A stretch of DNA of 64,000 bases from an uncultured Spirochaetaceae bacterium. Its GTDB lineage: Bacteria > Spirochaetota > Spirochaetia > SZUA-6 > DRHE01. The notes beneath the pieces are model-generated. The model was not told the origin of the DNA. It worked only from the letters and a program-made list of their open reading frames with translations, and ran no database searches. A program made the position numbers and the translations under genes. Shown piece after piece: positions 38,722 to 48,205 of the stretch. Where the stretch lies: NCBI GenBank assembly GCA_964588355.1, contig CAZPPB010000002.1, forward strand, positions 16,218-80,217, written 5' to 3'. Each line of letters begins with the position of its first letter. The stretch's first letter is position 1.

Positions 38722-38879
38722 GTACCGGCGTAGGGCAGGGAAAGACCGATTACCGTCATTCCTGCAGGATTCCCCCAATCTTTCGTTTTGATCGCCGACC
38801 GTGAAGCGGCCTACTGCCGCTGCACTATACAACAATTTCACGGTGCACGTGTGATGAAGCGCAGGTATTGAAGATCCAC

Positions 38880-39500
38880 CTAACCTGTTTTAATCATGAT
38901 GTCTGAAATAATGTTCGCCGCTTCGTCGCAGTTGTCCGCCGATCGATTCAGGTGGCGGTAGATCTCCCGCATCTTCAGCATATAGCCTGGGGTGTGCTCG
39001 GGATTGTCGAATAATTCCGCCAGAGCCTTGAGATAGATATGATGGATCTGGTTCTCTGTAGCCTTGGCCCGCTTGGCATGCTCCAAAGCCACGGCAGGGT
39101 ACTGCTTCATGTTCTTCAGTGCATCGTAGATTTCCAGCGTACCTTTTTCCAAAACCTTCGCCATGGCAATCAGGTCGTCGTCGGGCTGCACGTTGAAGAT
39201 GTTGAGTTCCTCCACCGTCCTCTGGGCGGCATCTATGATCTCATCCACGGCTCTGGACAGTGCGTAGATATCCTCTCGATCGAAGGGTGTTACGAGAGTT
39301 CGGTTCAGGCGATCTATCAGGATTCTTCTCAGGTCATCCGCCTCCCTTTCCAGAAAGTAGACCCGTTCCGAGGCCTCCCCATTGCCTGATTCCAGGCCGC
39401 GAACCAGGATTTTGTAGGCATCGTAAACCGTCTTGGCGTGATCGACGAGGAGTTGATAGAAATCCGTTTTCTTGTCCTTGCGGAACAGAGACATTTTCAT
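38880..39500 (-). CDS. DUF47-family protein (PhoU-like, PiT-associated)
   Basis: 206 aa; N-terminal LF.kdKk.dFyqLL..ha pattern typical of DUF47; adjacent to PiT. Confidence 0.7.
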   Translation of the reverse strand: MKMSLFRKDKKTDFYQLLVDHAKTVYDAYKILVRGLESGNGEASERVYFLEREADDLRRILIDRLNRTLVTPFDREDIYALSRAVDEIIDAAQRTVEELNIFNVQPDDDLIAMAKVLEKGTLEIYDALKNMKQYPAVALEHAKRAKATENQIHHIYLKALAELFDNPEHTPGYMLKMREIYRHLNRSADNCDEAANIISDIMIKTG

Positions 39501-39512
39501 CTCGATTGCCTC

Positions 39513-40523
39513 CTATGTTATTTGTATGATTTGACGAACAATCAGATACAGCACAGTCGAGAGCATCCCCGCCAGCGGGATCGTGAAGATCCAGGCGAGC
39601 ACGATCGAGCGAATCACCTGCCAGCGTACCGCTGTTCGCCGGTGGGCGCTGCCGACCCCTATTACCGAGGAGCTGACAATCTGGGTCGTGCTTACCGGTG
39701 CGCCCCCAAGATTGCATGCCAGCAGGACGATAGATGCAGCCAGTTGAGCGCTGAAGGAGTGATACGGGCGGACCCGAAAGATGTTGTAACCCACGGTGCG
39801 TATGATCTTGGTGCCCCCCATCGTAACTCCAAAGGACAGGCTGGCGACACTCGCCACCATCACCCATAGAGGAACATCCATGCGCTGTGTGTGCCCGCTC
39901 AAGAAAAGCAACAGAGCGATGAGCCCCATGGTTTTTTGGGAATCATTTGTCCCGTGATTCATTCCCAGAATGATCAGGCTTCCTATTTGGAGTCTCTTCA
40001 GGAACCTGGCCGTTTTCCGCGGAGCGTTTTCCAAGATTCGAACCAGAAGCTTGTGAACAATGCCGCCGAAGATGAAGCCGAGGAAAGGTGACAGGAGGAG
40101 TGCTCCGACCACTTTCAGCAGGAAGACGATCCAGGGAATGCCGGCAAGCCCATAGCGGAACAGAACCGGGCCGATCAGACCGCCTACCATAGCGAAGGAC
40201 GAGCTGGTCGGCAGCCGCAGGAGCCAACAGGACCCGTTCCAAAGTACAGCACCCGCTACGCCGCTGAGAACGAGGAGCAAAGAGCCGATATCCCGGGGAA
40301 GCATCTCAACCCGGATGATGCCTCGAGCCACAGTCAGGGCAACGGGGATCCCGAAAATAAAAGGCCCGCAGAACTCCGCTGCAGCAACCAACCATAGGGC
40401 CTGTCGGAATGTCAGAGAGCGGGAAGAGACGGCCGTAGCTAATACGTTCGCTCCGTCTTTCATACCGTTGGTGAAGGCGAACATGAGGCTGAGCACGATC
40501 GCCCCAACCAGCACCGTATCCAT
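39513..40523 (-). CDS. inorganic phosphate transporter, PiT family
   Basis: N-terminal FAFTNGMKDGANVLATAVSS (PiT GANDxANA signature), ~10 TM; ATG overlaps upstream DUF47 stop (TGATG). Confidence 0.85.
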   Translation of the reverse strand: MDTVLVGAIVLSLMFAFTNGMKDGANVLATAVSSRSLTFRQALWLVAAAEFCGPFIFGIPVALTVARGIIRVEMLPRDIGSLLLVLSGVAGAVLWNGSCWLLRLPTSSSFAMVGGLIGPVLFRYGLAGIPWIVFLLKVVGALLLSPFLGFIFGGIVHKLLVRILENAPRKTARFLKRLQIGSLIILGMNHGTNDSQKTMGLIALLLFLSGHTQRMDVPLWVMVASVASLSFGVTMGGTKIIRTVGYNIFRVRPYHSFSAQLAASIVLLACNLGGAPVSTTQIVSSSVIGVGSAHRRTAVRWQVIRSIVLAWIFTIPLAGMLSTVLYLIVRQIIQIT

Positions 40524-41134
40524 CACAGGTTGGTACCGATAAGGATTTTTTGCAGCAGGTCCTGAATGGTGTTGTTTACCGCGTTGATTTCCAACAAGAT
40601 TTCCAGGAGCCTTGAGGTGAAGTGGGATTGCGCTTCCTTCCGGCCGATCGAGGCAATCCCGTGATAGTAGAGCCGTATGAAATTTTGCAGCTCGTGGCAG
40701 TTGTTTTTCAGTAATTCCTCGGCATACTTACGGTTTTTCAGATATTCACCGATGAAACACCTGACGTTCCCCAGGACCCGGTCTTCCAGCTCGAGGAAGT
40801 GGGAAAAGGAAAAACGCGAGTGATAGATCCGCTTTTCAGTTGAGTAGGTCTGCAAGATGGCAAAGATCTTCTTCAGATTCGAGTAGACCTCGAACATGTA
40901 TTCCCAGTAGAAGGGCAGGTAGTACTTCTTATCAAGGCTGCGCAGGAAAAGAGAATAACCGTCTTCCAACTGCAGCTGCAGATCCAGCATTGCTTCCGTC
41001 TGCTCGGTATCCGGACTTCCCGGCTCGCAGACCAGCAACATCTGGAGGAGTTTCTGCAAAACCTCTATTCCGGCGATCAGGTAGTCGTCCAGCTTGATTC
41101 TTTGTCGAAACAGCACCCTGCCCAGGTTTTTCAT
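40523..41134 (-). CDS. DUF47-family protein (second copy, upstream of PiT)
   Basis: 203 aa from MKNLGRVLFRQRIKLDDYL.. with AGGAG RBS; DUF47-like N-terminus. Confidence 0.55.
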   Translation of the reverse strand: MKNLGRVLFRQRIKLDDYLIAGIEVLQKLLQMLLVCEPGSPDTEQTEAMLDLQLQLEDGYSLFLRSLDKKYYLPFYWEYMFEVYSNLKKIFAILQTYSTEKRIYHSRFSFSHFLELEDRVLGNVRCFIGEYLKNRKYAEELLKNNCHELQNFIRLYYHGIASIGRKEAQSHFTSRLLEILLEINAVNNTIQDLLQKILIGTNL

Positions 41135-41170
41135 TCCTCTTTTCTCCTCTCGTGTATGGAAAATTATGAA

Positions 41171-41185
41171 GCAATACATGTGCCA
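41171..41185 (-). promoter_or_regulatory. sigma-54 (-24/-12) promoter: TGGCAC-N5-TTGC
   Basis: Minus-strand sequence CTGGCACATGTATTGCT matches TGGCACG-N4-TTGCW with exact GG..GC spacing; 35 nt upstream of the DUF47-PiT start codon. Confidence 0.6.
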
Positions 41186-41287
41186 GATTGTGACATCGAT
41201 GAAACGAATAGGACCCAAATGCTTTGGTTATAAAGAAATGAGAAAGAAGGCGATCGACGGAAGTGAGGTGGTGAAAGCAGTCGAAGC

Positions 41288-41324
41288 GTAAAGGAACTGT
41301 ACAGTCCTCGTACAGTTCCTTTAC
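41288..41324. promoter_or_regulatory. 15-bp perfect inverted repeat (GTAAAGGAACTGTAC-N7-GTACAGTTCCTTTAC)
   Basis: Read directly; overlaps the stop codon of the NtrC-type gene and lies ~120 bp upstream of the sigma-54 -24 element; could be a terminator hairpin, an enhancer site for a bacterial enhancer-binding protein (bEBP), or both. Confidence 0.6.
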
Positions 41325-42706
41325 GGCTGCTTGATCTGCGAAAGTCTGCGCTGGAGGGTGACCCGGCTTATACCCAGCCGATCGGCAACCGCGGTCTTGT
41401 TGCCTCCCAACTTGATCATAAGCTTCTCGATCAGCAGCGGTTCGACACCCTTGTATAGTAGTTCGAGGAGCCCTTTCCGATCCGTGTGTTTTTTTAGAAA
41501 TTCGTCGGTAAATTCGGAAAACAGATCGATCTGTTCGCTGTTTGCGCTCAAATACCGGGGTATCTCGGCAGCCTGTATGATCCCGCTCTGGCAGTTGATC
41601 CCCAGGCTCAGGATGACGTTTTCCAGCTCCCGGATGTTCCCCGGCCATGGGTAGCGCTCCAGGATAGACTGAGCCTCTCGAGTGATCCCACTCAGGTTCT
41701 TGTTCAGTTTGCTGGCGGCAACCTTGATGAAGTGCTCTACTAGCAGGGGAATGTCGTTCCTGCGCTCCCGCAGCGGCGGCACATCTATGGAAGCGACATT
41801 GATTCGGTAGTAGAGATCTTCCCGGAATTTGCCGTTCTTGACCAGCGTCAAGAGGTTTCTGTTGGTAGCGGTGATGACCCTGGCATTGAGGGTGATATTG
41901 CGCGTTCCTCCCAGTCTTTGGAACTCCCGCTCCTGGAGGACGCGAAGTAGCTTTGTCTGAATGGCCAAAGGAAGATCACTGATCTCGTCAAGAAAGATCG
42001 TTCCCTCCGCCGCCGCCTCGAATTTGCCTGCCTGCCTCGATGTGGCCCCGGTGTATGCCTGAGGTTCGTGTCCGAAAAGCTCATTTTCCAGAAGCGTCTC
42101 CGGCAGAGCGGAACAGTTCACGGCGATGAACGGTTCGCTGCTCCGGTTGCCGTTGAAGTGCAGTGCCCTGGCGATAAGCTCTTTGCCCGTTCCGCTTTCT
42201 CCGGTTATCAGAACGTTGATGTCATTGTTGACGAGTCGGCCGATTGCTTTGAATACGTTCTGCATGACTTCGGATTTACCGACCACCCGGGTCAGGTTGT
42301 AGGCCCGCTGTTGTTCATCCCGCAACACCCGCACGTAATGACGCATCTTCCTCGACTCTATCACTCTGCGGGTGATGATTTTTATCTTCTCGATATCCAG
42401 AGGTTTTTCCAGGTAGTCACATGCCCCCAGTGCAATAGAATAGACGATGGTCTCCAGGCTCCCGTAAGCCGTGATCATCACGATATCCGCATCCTGTGCC
42501 TTTGATCGGATCGTCTTCAGCACCGAGAGGCCGTCTTCGCCCGGAAGCCGGTAGTCCAGGAAAACGAGCTGCACCTCGTTTTCCTGCAGCAGTTTCTGTG
42601 CTTCCTTGCCGTTGTACGCTCCGAGAATGGTGTGCTCACCTCGGAACAGAGCCGAAAAACTCAGAAAAACACTGCGGTCGTCGTCTATAACAAGAATCGT
42701 CGCCAA
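41321..42706 (-). CDS. sigma-54-dependent response regulator (NtrC family: REC-AAA+-Fis HTH)
   Basis: Receiver ILVIDDD..LVFLDYRLPGEDG; AAA+ GESGTGKE, GAFTGA-like region, ESELFGHE; C-terminal HTH. Confidence 0.9.
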   Translation of the reverse strand: MATILVIDDDRSVFLSFSALFRGEHTILGAYNGKEAQKLLQENEVQLVFLDYRLPGEDGLSVLKTIRSKAQDADIVMITAYGSLETIVYSIALGACDYLEKPLDIEKIKIITRRVIESRKMRHYVRVLRDEQQRAYNLTRVVGKSEVMQNVFKAIGRLVNNDINVLITGESGTGKELIARALHFNGNRSSEPFIAVNCSALPETLLENELFGHEPQAYTGATSRQAGKFEAAAEGTIFLDEISDLPLAIQTKLLRVLQEREFQRLGGTRNITLNARVITATNRNLLTLVKNGKFREDLYYRINVASIDVPPLRERRNDIPLLVEHFIKVAASKLNKNLSGITREAQSILERYPWPGNIRELENVILSLGINCQSGIIQAAEIPRYLSANSEQIDLFSEFTDEFLKKHTDRKGLLELLYKGVEPLLIEKLMIKLGGNKTAVADRLGISRVTLQRRLSQIKQP

Positions 42707-42735
42707 AGCTCTTTCTCTCCTCTACTCGCTCTTCT

Positions 42736-44565
42736 CTACAGCGTGTGTATTCTCTGTTCGAGATCCTCCGGAATGGTGATCGAGAAACAGGTCTGTGCCT
42801 TGCTGCTGCGAACCTCCACCTTGCCGAAATGCCGCTCCACGATCATCTTCACGATCGCCAGCCCCAGCCCCGTGCCTTCTTTCTTGGTGGTGAAGAAGGG
42901 TTCGAAAATCATGCCGAGATTTTCCGTCAAGATCTCCTGCCCATCATCGCAGAAACAGAACATGACCCCGCCGTCGCGGCGGTGCTCAGATGTCACCTCC
43001 AGTGTACCGCCCTGCGGCATCGCCTGGATGGCGTTCAGTACCAGATTCATAACCATGAGTTTGAATTTTTCGCGGTCCAGGAACAGGGCAGGGATCGATC
43101 TGTCCAGCTTTACGATGACTTTTATATTCTGATGTTCCGTGTTATACCGAAACAGGTTAAGGATCTCCTCCACGATCTCGCCGGAATTGTGGCGACCGAA
43201 GCGCATGGGGCTGGGCCGGGCAAACTCGAGCAAATCCTTGATCAGGTCATTCAGCCTTTCGGTTTCTGCAAGAATCGTTAGTATCTCTCCTTGGCCTTTC
43301 GCGTTTGTGAGGTATCTTTCGCGGAGAATCTGAGCCATCATCTTGATCGAGCTCAAAGGGTTGCGGATCTCGTGGGCCAAGCCGGCTGCCATCTGCCCCG
43401 CAGTGGCCAGCTTGGCCGATTTGATCATGTTGTCCTGCAGTTCCAGGATGCGTTGATTGTACAAGCTCAATTTTCGCACAAGGCGATTGAAACTGTCGGA
43501 AATCAGCCCGAACTCGTCCTTGCTGGCCAATTCGATTCGAGTGTCGAATCTGTCTATGTTCAAGCCGTCCATGCCCGCAAGGATCTTCACCAGGGAAGTG
43601 TTGATGTTCCTCGCCAGTAACACGTAGATTATAAAAGCAAGAAGCACTCCTATTCCGATCATCAGATACAGCAGGTTCTGCGAGTAACGCAGGTATCTCT
43701 TTTCCTCCTGCTGGGATACCCCCAGGCTGAGAGCTCCCCAGTACGAGTTTAAATCGAGGAACAGAGGCTTGAGCAGAAAGTATGATGGTTCCTGGTTGAG
43801 TTGGACGTTCTTGAGGAACACTGTTTGATCGGAGGTCAACCGGGACACGACCTCCTCCGGTAGCTGATCGTAGCCCTGATAGGTGGAGACAACCTTCCCG
43901 TAGCCCTGGTAAATCCCATTCTCCATACCGGTCAGAAGCTTGATATGTTCTGCGAAATCAGTTGAGAACGACGATCCGATCATTAGCAGGCCCAGAATTT
44001 CACCCCCGCTTTCGATCGGGGAAACGGCCCGTATGGCCACTCCGGACTGACCCTGCTCGTAGCTGACTGCGCTCCTACCGGCCAGCCCTTGCTTCACGAT
44101 TTCCTGATTGATCTTCACGTCGCCGGTAGCCTCGGGTTGGTGCCCTCTAAGAATTACCTTGCCGGCGGTGTCCTCGATCTCGATGATGTCGAAGATGCCC
44201 AAGCGGTGGTAATGCACCAGCTGATTCTCCAGGGGATCGAACCGCCCCTCGGCCAGCAGGGCAACGAGGTTCCGGTCCGAGGACAGCTCTTCAGCGATTG
44301 TAAGACATTGCTCTTCCATGAAACGCACTTCCTGGGAATAGGCGGTGATGCTGTTGGCTAGGCGGATGCGGATTTCCCGGTCGATTGTGTTGCGAATGAT
44401 CAGGTACCCGAGCAAGAGCGCACTGATCGTGGTAATGAAGATAATCAGCATGAAGGAGAAGAAGATCTTGAAATTCAAGCGGTATTGAAAGAAACGCAGC
44501 ATGTTCAACCGGCCGATTCGCTTTCTGGTCAAAGTATAAGGGTGAAGCCCTTTTCTTAGAAGCAC
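42736..44565 (-). CDS. sensor histidine kinase (two TM helices, periplasmic sensing domain, HAMP, HisKA, HATPase)
   Basis: H-box LAHEIRNPLSSI, N-box LVLNAIQAM, G-boxes DDGQEI, GTGLGLAIV; start may be at internal Met (MLRFFQ.., 44502). Confidence 0.85.
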   Translation of the reverse strand: MLLRKGLHPYTLTRKRIGRLNMLRFFQYRLNFKIFFSFMLIIFITTISALLLGYLIIRNTIDREIRIRLANSITAYSQEVRFMEEQCLTIAEELSSDRNLVALLAEGRFDPLENQLVHYHRLGIFDIIEIEDTAGKVILRGHQPEATGDVKINQEIVKQGLAGRSAVSYEQGQSGVAIRAVSPIESGGEILGLLMIGSSFSTDFAEHIKLLTGMENGIYQGYGKVVSTYQGYDQLPEEVVSRLTSDQTVFLKNVQLNQEPSYFLLKPLFLDLNSYWGALSLGVSQQEEKRYLRYSQNLLYLMIGIGVLLAFIIYVLLARNINTSLVKILAGMDGLNIDRFDTRIELASKDEFGLISDSFNRLVRKLSLYNQRILELQDNMIKSAKLATAGQMAAGLAHEIRNPLSSIKMMAQILRERYLTNAKGQGEILTILAETERLNDLIKDLLEFARPSPMRFGRHNSGEIVEEILNLFRYNTEHQNIKVIVKLDRSIPALFLDREKFKLMVMNLVLNAIQAMPQGGTLEVTSEHRRDGGVMFCFCDDGQEILTENLGMIFEPFFTTKKEGTGLGLAIVKMIVERHFGKVEVRSSKAQTCFSITIPEDLEQRIHTL

Positions 44566-44899
44566 AAGGAAGTATCTTTATTAGAAATTCGAGCAATGCC
44601 GTGGTGCGGACGGGGATCGGGATGAGTGCAGTTTTCCCCTTATTCTCTCTCTATTTTGCCCCATAATTGTCCTTGACATCCGGCCTGCACCTGCTTACTA
44701 ATTGGGAAGGAGACAGAGAGATGCGCTCCCTGAGTCTGTTGGCCGAAAAGCGGGGGGGGCGGCATCATTCCGGCGCCTCTGAACAAAGAGGTTGAAGCTC
44801 TCCAACGCCGTCTTAGGGGGACGATCCCCGGTCTGTTTTCGCGGAAAACGACCTGCGCGTCTACGGTACTATCACAGCATATCGGCACAGGGGGTAACG

Positions 44900-46096
44900 A
44901 TGAGTGAAACAATGAAAGCCGTCCGGCTCTATGCGGATTGGGATCCCAAACCGGATTTCAAACTGGGGGCGAAAGACATCGACAAGAAGCAGACCTATCT
45001 GGGAAGCAAGGTCTGGCGCAATCCCAGAATGAAGATCGAAGAGGTCCCGGTGCCCAAACCCGGACCGGGGCAGGTCCTGGTCCAGGTCAAGGCCTGCGGC
45101 ATCTGCGGAAGCGACGTACACATGGCTCAGGCGGATGCGGAGGGCTACATCTGGTACCCCGGACTGACCGGCTTCCCCTGCACCCTCGGCCATGAGATGT
45201 CCGGAGTGGTCGTGGAGGGAGGTCCCGGAGCTCTGGACAAGAAAACCAACAGACCCTTCAGAGGCGGGGAATGGGTATGCGTGGAAGAGATGATCTGGTG
45301 CGGGTCCTGTCGGCCCTGTGCGGACGGCTGGCCGAACCATTGCGAACGGCTGGACGAGATCGGCTTCAATGTAGACGGGGCGTTCACCCGCTACGTGGTG
45401 CTGCCTGCGCGGGTCCTGTGGAGCCTTGATCCCCTGCGGGAAACACACAGTGACCAGGATGTGTTCAAACTCGGCAGCATGGTGGAGCCGACCAGCGTGG
45501 CCTACAATGCGGTGATCGAGCGCGGAGGCGGAGTGCGGCCGGGAGACAATGTGGTGATCCTGGGGGGCGGCCCCGTTGGGCTGGCGGCCTGTGCCGTGTT
45601 GAAGCGAAACGGTGCTGCCAATGTGATCATCTCCGAGCCGGAGGAGGGGAGGGCGGAGATCGCCCGCAAGCTTGGCGCCGATCATGTAATCAACCCGAAG
45701 AAGGAGAGTATGGCTGATCGGGTGCTGGAGATCACCCACGGGATGGGGGCGTCGATCTACCTGGAGGCGACCGGTCTTCCGACCATAGTATACCCTGAAA
45801 TCGAGCGCTGTATCTGGGAAGGACGTACCTTGAACAGTACGGTCGTTGTGGTGGCCAGAGCGGATGCCAAGATTCCGGTCACCGGAGAGGTGCTCCAGGT
45901 ACGCCGGGCACGGATTGTCGGTTCACAAGGGCACTCGGGTCACGGCACCTTCCCCCGTGTTATCGCCTCGATGGCCGCCGGAATGAACATGCTTCCCATG
46001 ATGACCAAGACCATCGGATTGGATGAGGTTCCCAAGCACATAGAGATTCTGCGCACCGACAGACGTGAGGCCAAGATCACCTGTCTGATGGATTAG
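44900..46096 (+). CDS. zinc-binding medium-chain alcohol/polyol dehydrogenase
   Basis: GHEMSGVVVEGG (catalytic Zn region), C..C..C..C structural Zn cysteines (CGSCRPCADGWPNHC), Rossmann GGGPVGLAA; ATG 44900 after GGGGG. Confidence 0.8.
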   Translation: MSETMKAVRLYADWDPKPDFKLGAKDIDKKQTYLGSKVWRNPRMKIEEVPVPKPGPGQVLVQVKACGICGSDVHMAQADAEGYIWYPGLTGFPCTLGHEMSGVVVEGGPGALDKKTNRPFRGGEWVCVEEMIWCGSCRPCADGWPNHCERLDEIGFNVDGAFTRYVVLPARVLWSLDPLRETHSDQDVFKLGSMVEPTSVAYNAVIERGGGVRPGDNVVILGGGPVGLAACAVLKRNGAANVIISEPEEGRAEIARKLGADHVINPKKESMADRVLEITHGMGASIYLEATGLPTIVYPEIERCIWEGRTLNSTVVVVARADAKIPVTGEVLQVRRARIVGSQGHSGHGTFPRVIASMAAGMNMLPMMTKTIGLDEVPKHIEILRTDRREAKITCLMD

Positions 46097-46111
46097 GAGG
46101 CAGCCAGGCTT

Positions 46112-46750
46112 ATGTTGTGGAAAAAAGAGAAATCGATCATCGACAAAATAAAAACCTACCTCGATCAAGTGGACAGGTGCCGTAATAGCTTTCGTGAGTG
46201 CATCGAGAAACTGATTTTCGACCCTGAAAACAAGGAAAACCCGGCGATCGTCGAAGAGGTGCATCGATCGGAGTCCAAAGCCGACGATCTGCGCAGGACT
46301 GTCGAGCTCCAGTTGTACGAACGGGCTTTGATACCCGAATCCAGGGGGGATGTACTGGGTCTGCTGGAAACCATGGATGCGATCCCGGGTCTGTTTCAAT
46401 CTCTTTGCTATCAATTTCTGCTGGAAAAGATCGTTATTCCCGACAGGTTCAGGGAACGCTACCTGCACCTGGTGGATCTCAATCTCAAATCCTACGATCT
46501 GGTACGGGAGGCGGTGCTGGGTCTGTTTTACAACAAGGACGTCAAGGCTCAGACGGACCTGGTGGACGCTGTGGAAAGTGATTCCGACCACGCAGAGCGG
46601 AATCTGATCCGGGACATATTCAGCAGCAAGCTTGACAAAGCGGACAAAATATTACTGAAGGAAATCGTGATCAACACGGGAGACATTTCCGATCAGGCGG
46701 AGACTGTTAAAGACAGGTTGATTCTCGCCATCATCAAGCGGAAGATCTGA
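46112..46750 (+). CDS. DUF47-family protein (third copy)
   Basis: 212 aa, DUF47-like N-terminus, immediately upstream of second PiT gene. Confidence 0.65.
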   Translation: MLWKKEKSIIDKIKTYLDQVDRCRNSFRECIEKLIFDPENKENPAIVEEVHRSESKADDLRRTVELQLYERALIPESRGDVLGLLETMDAIPGLFQSLCYQFLLEKIVIPDRFRERYLHLVDLNLKSYDLVREAVLGLFYNKDVKAQTDLVDAVESDSDHAERNLIRDIFSSKLDKADKILLKEIVINTGDISDQAETVKDRLILAIIKRKI

Positions 46751-46753
46751 TAG

Positions 46754-47680
46754 ATGTACCGGCTGCTCAGCGGGGTCTTCTTGGGCTGGTCTCTTGGCGC
46801 CAACAATTCCGCCAATAACTTCGGAACCGCCGTGTACTCGCAAAAGATCCGCTATCGAACCGCGGTCATACTCTGCGCCGTTTTCGTGATCGTCGGAGCG
46901 CTGTTGGAAGGGCAGGCCGGGATGCACACCCTGGGCGGCCTGGTGGAACAGACCGCGGACAGCGCATTTGCAGCCACCCTGGCCGCGGCCCTGACCGCTA
47001 CACTCATGAGCGTCCTGAAACTGCCGGTCTCAACCTCCCAGGCCATGGTCGGGGCGATAATCGGCATCGGCATCCTTCGGGGTGAGGTAAATTTCAGCGG
47101 ATTGACCAAGGTTATGATCGCCTGGGTTGCTACGCCGGTAGGTACGATCATAGCCACCCTGATCCTCTATCCTCTGATCGGCTGGTTTCTGCGCCTGCTT
47201 CGCTTCAACATCTTTACCCGGGACCTGGTTCTCAAGTGGGGTCTGATAATCGCCGGCTGCTACGGTTCTTACGCCCTGGGAGCCAACAACGTGGCCAACG
47301 TGACCGGGTTGTACACCCAGACCGGACAACTTACGGTGTTTCAGGCCACTCTATTGGGAGGTGTAAGCATTGCCCTAGGCGCACTGACTTACAGCAGAAA
47401 TGTGATGATCACCGTTGGCAAGAAGCTTGTCAGCCTTGATCCTTTTAGTGCCTTTATCGCGGTTTTTTCTATGGCCGTAATCGTCCACGGTTTCGCGATC
47501 ATCGGCGTGCCGGTTTCCACATCCCAGGGGATTGTCGGCTCGGTGCTGGGAATCGGGATTCTAAAAGGGGTGCAGACTATCAAGATACGCACGCTTATAA
47601 TGATTCTGTTCGGCTGGATCGGGACGCCGTCGATCGCTCTGGTCCTCGCCTACCTCATGTTCCGGTTCGTGTATCTTTGA
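46754..47680 (+). CDS. inorganic phosphate transporter, PiT family (short form)
   Basis: N-terminal GWSLGANNSANNFGTAVYS PiT signature, ~8-9 TM, 308 aa. Confidence 0.8.
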   Translation: MYRLLSGVFLGWSLGANNSANNFGTAVYSQKIRYRTAVILCAVFVIVGALLEGQAGMHTLGGLVEQTADSAFAATLAAALTATLMSVLKLPVSTSQAMVGAIIGIGILRGEVNFSGLTKVMIAWVATPVGTIIATLILYPLIGWFLRLLRFNIFTRDLVLKWGLIIAGCYGSYALGANNVANVTGLYTQTGQLTVFQATLLGGVSIALGALTYSRNVMITVGKKLVSLDPFSAFIAVFSMAVIVHGFAIIGVPVSTSQGIVGSVLGIGILKGVQTIKIRTLIMILFGWIGTPSIALVLAYLMFRFVYL

Positions 47681-47693
47681 TCCATTGTTGCAG

Positions 47694-48170
47694 ATGCCCT
47701 TCCGGCCAAGCCCTGTGGGAAGATTCCCCGCGATATTGCACTATCTTCAGCTTGTTCGGATAATGCTATGGAGTGTGTACGACCTGGGGGCGGAGATCGG
47801 CGGTTATCTGGCGCGCAGGGCTGTGGAGGCCCTCGGGGTTAAACCTGCGGATGTCCAAAGCTACGGCAAAGGTGCCATTGTGGGGGTCGATGGCGAGATC
47901 GAACATGCCGCCGCCATTCTCCACCCCAGATTCGGCAAGCCCGTACGCGCAGCCGTGGAGAAGGGTGATGATATCATCCCCTCCACGAAGAAAATGGGCG
48001 GAGCCGGCGCTTCCATCACCATGCCGCTTACGAACAAGGACAGCATCTGGAGTTTTGACCATATGGACGCGGCGGAAATCAGCATACCCGATGCACCGCG
48101 TCCGGATGAAATCGTCGTGGCCGTGGTGGTCGCAGACCGCGGACGCCCGCTGGCCCGTGTGTCCACTTGA
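47694..48170 (+). CDS. amino-acid-synthesis-family-like protein (PF06684-like), N-terminally short
   Basis: YGKGAIVGVDGEIEHAAAILHP..IPDAPRPDEIVVAVVVADRGRPLARV matches my recollection of the family core; lacks the usual first ~50 residues. Confidence 0.5.
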   Translation: MPFRPSPVGRFPAILHYLQLVRIMLWSVYDLGAEIGGYLARRAVEALGVKPADVQSYGKGAIVGVDGEIEHAAAILHPRFGKPVRAAVEKGDDIIPSTKKMGGAGASITMPLTNKDSIWSFDHMDAAEISIPDAPRPDEIVVAVVVADRGRPLARVST

Positions 48171-48205
48171 GCAATATTCCGTTTACGTATGGGAGGAGTG
48201 ATGGT

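Noticed and set aside
38745-38765. 10-bp palindrome TCCTGCAGGA after the ABC ATPase gene
   Set aside because: Too short and loop-less to be a terminator; probably chance in GC-rich DNA.
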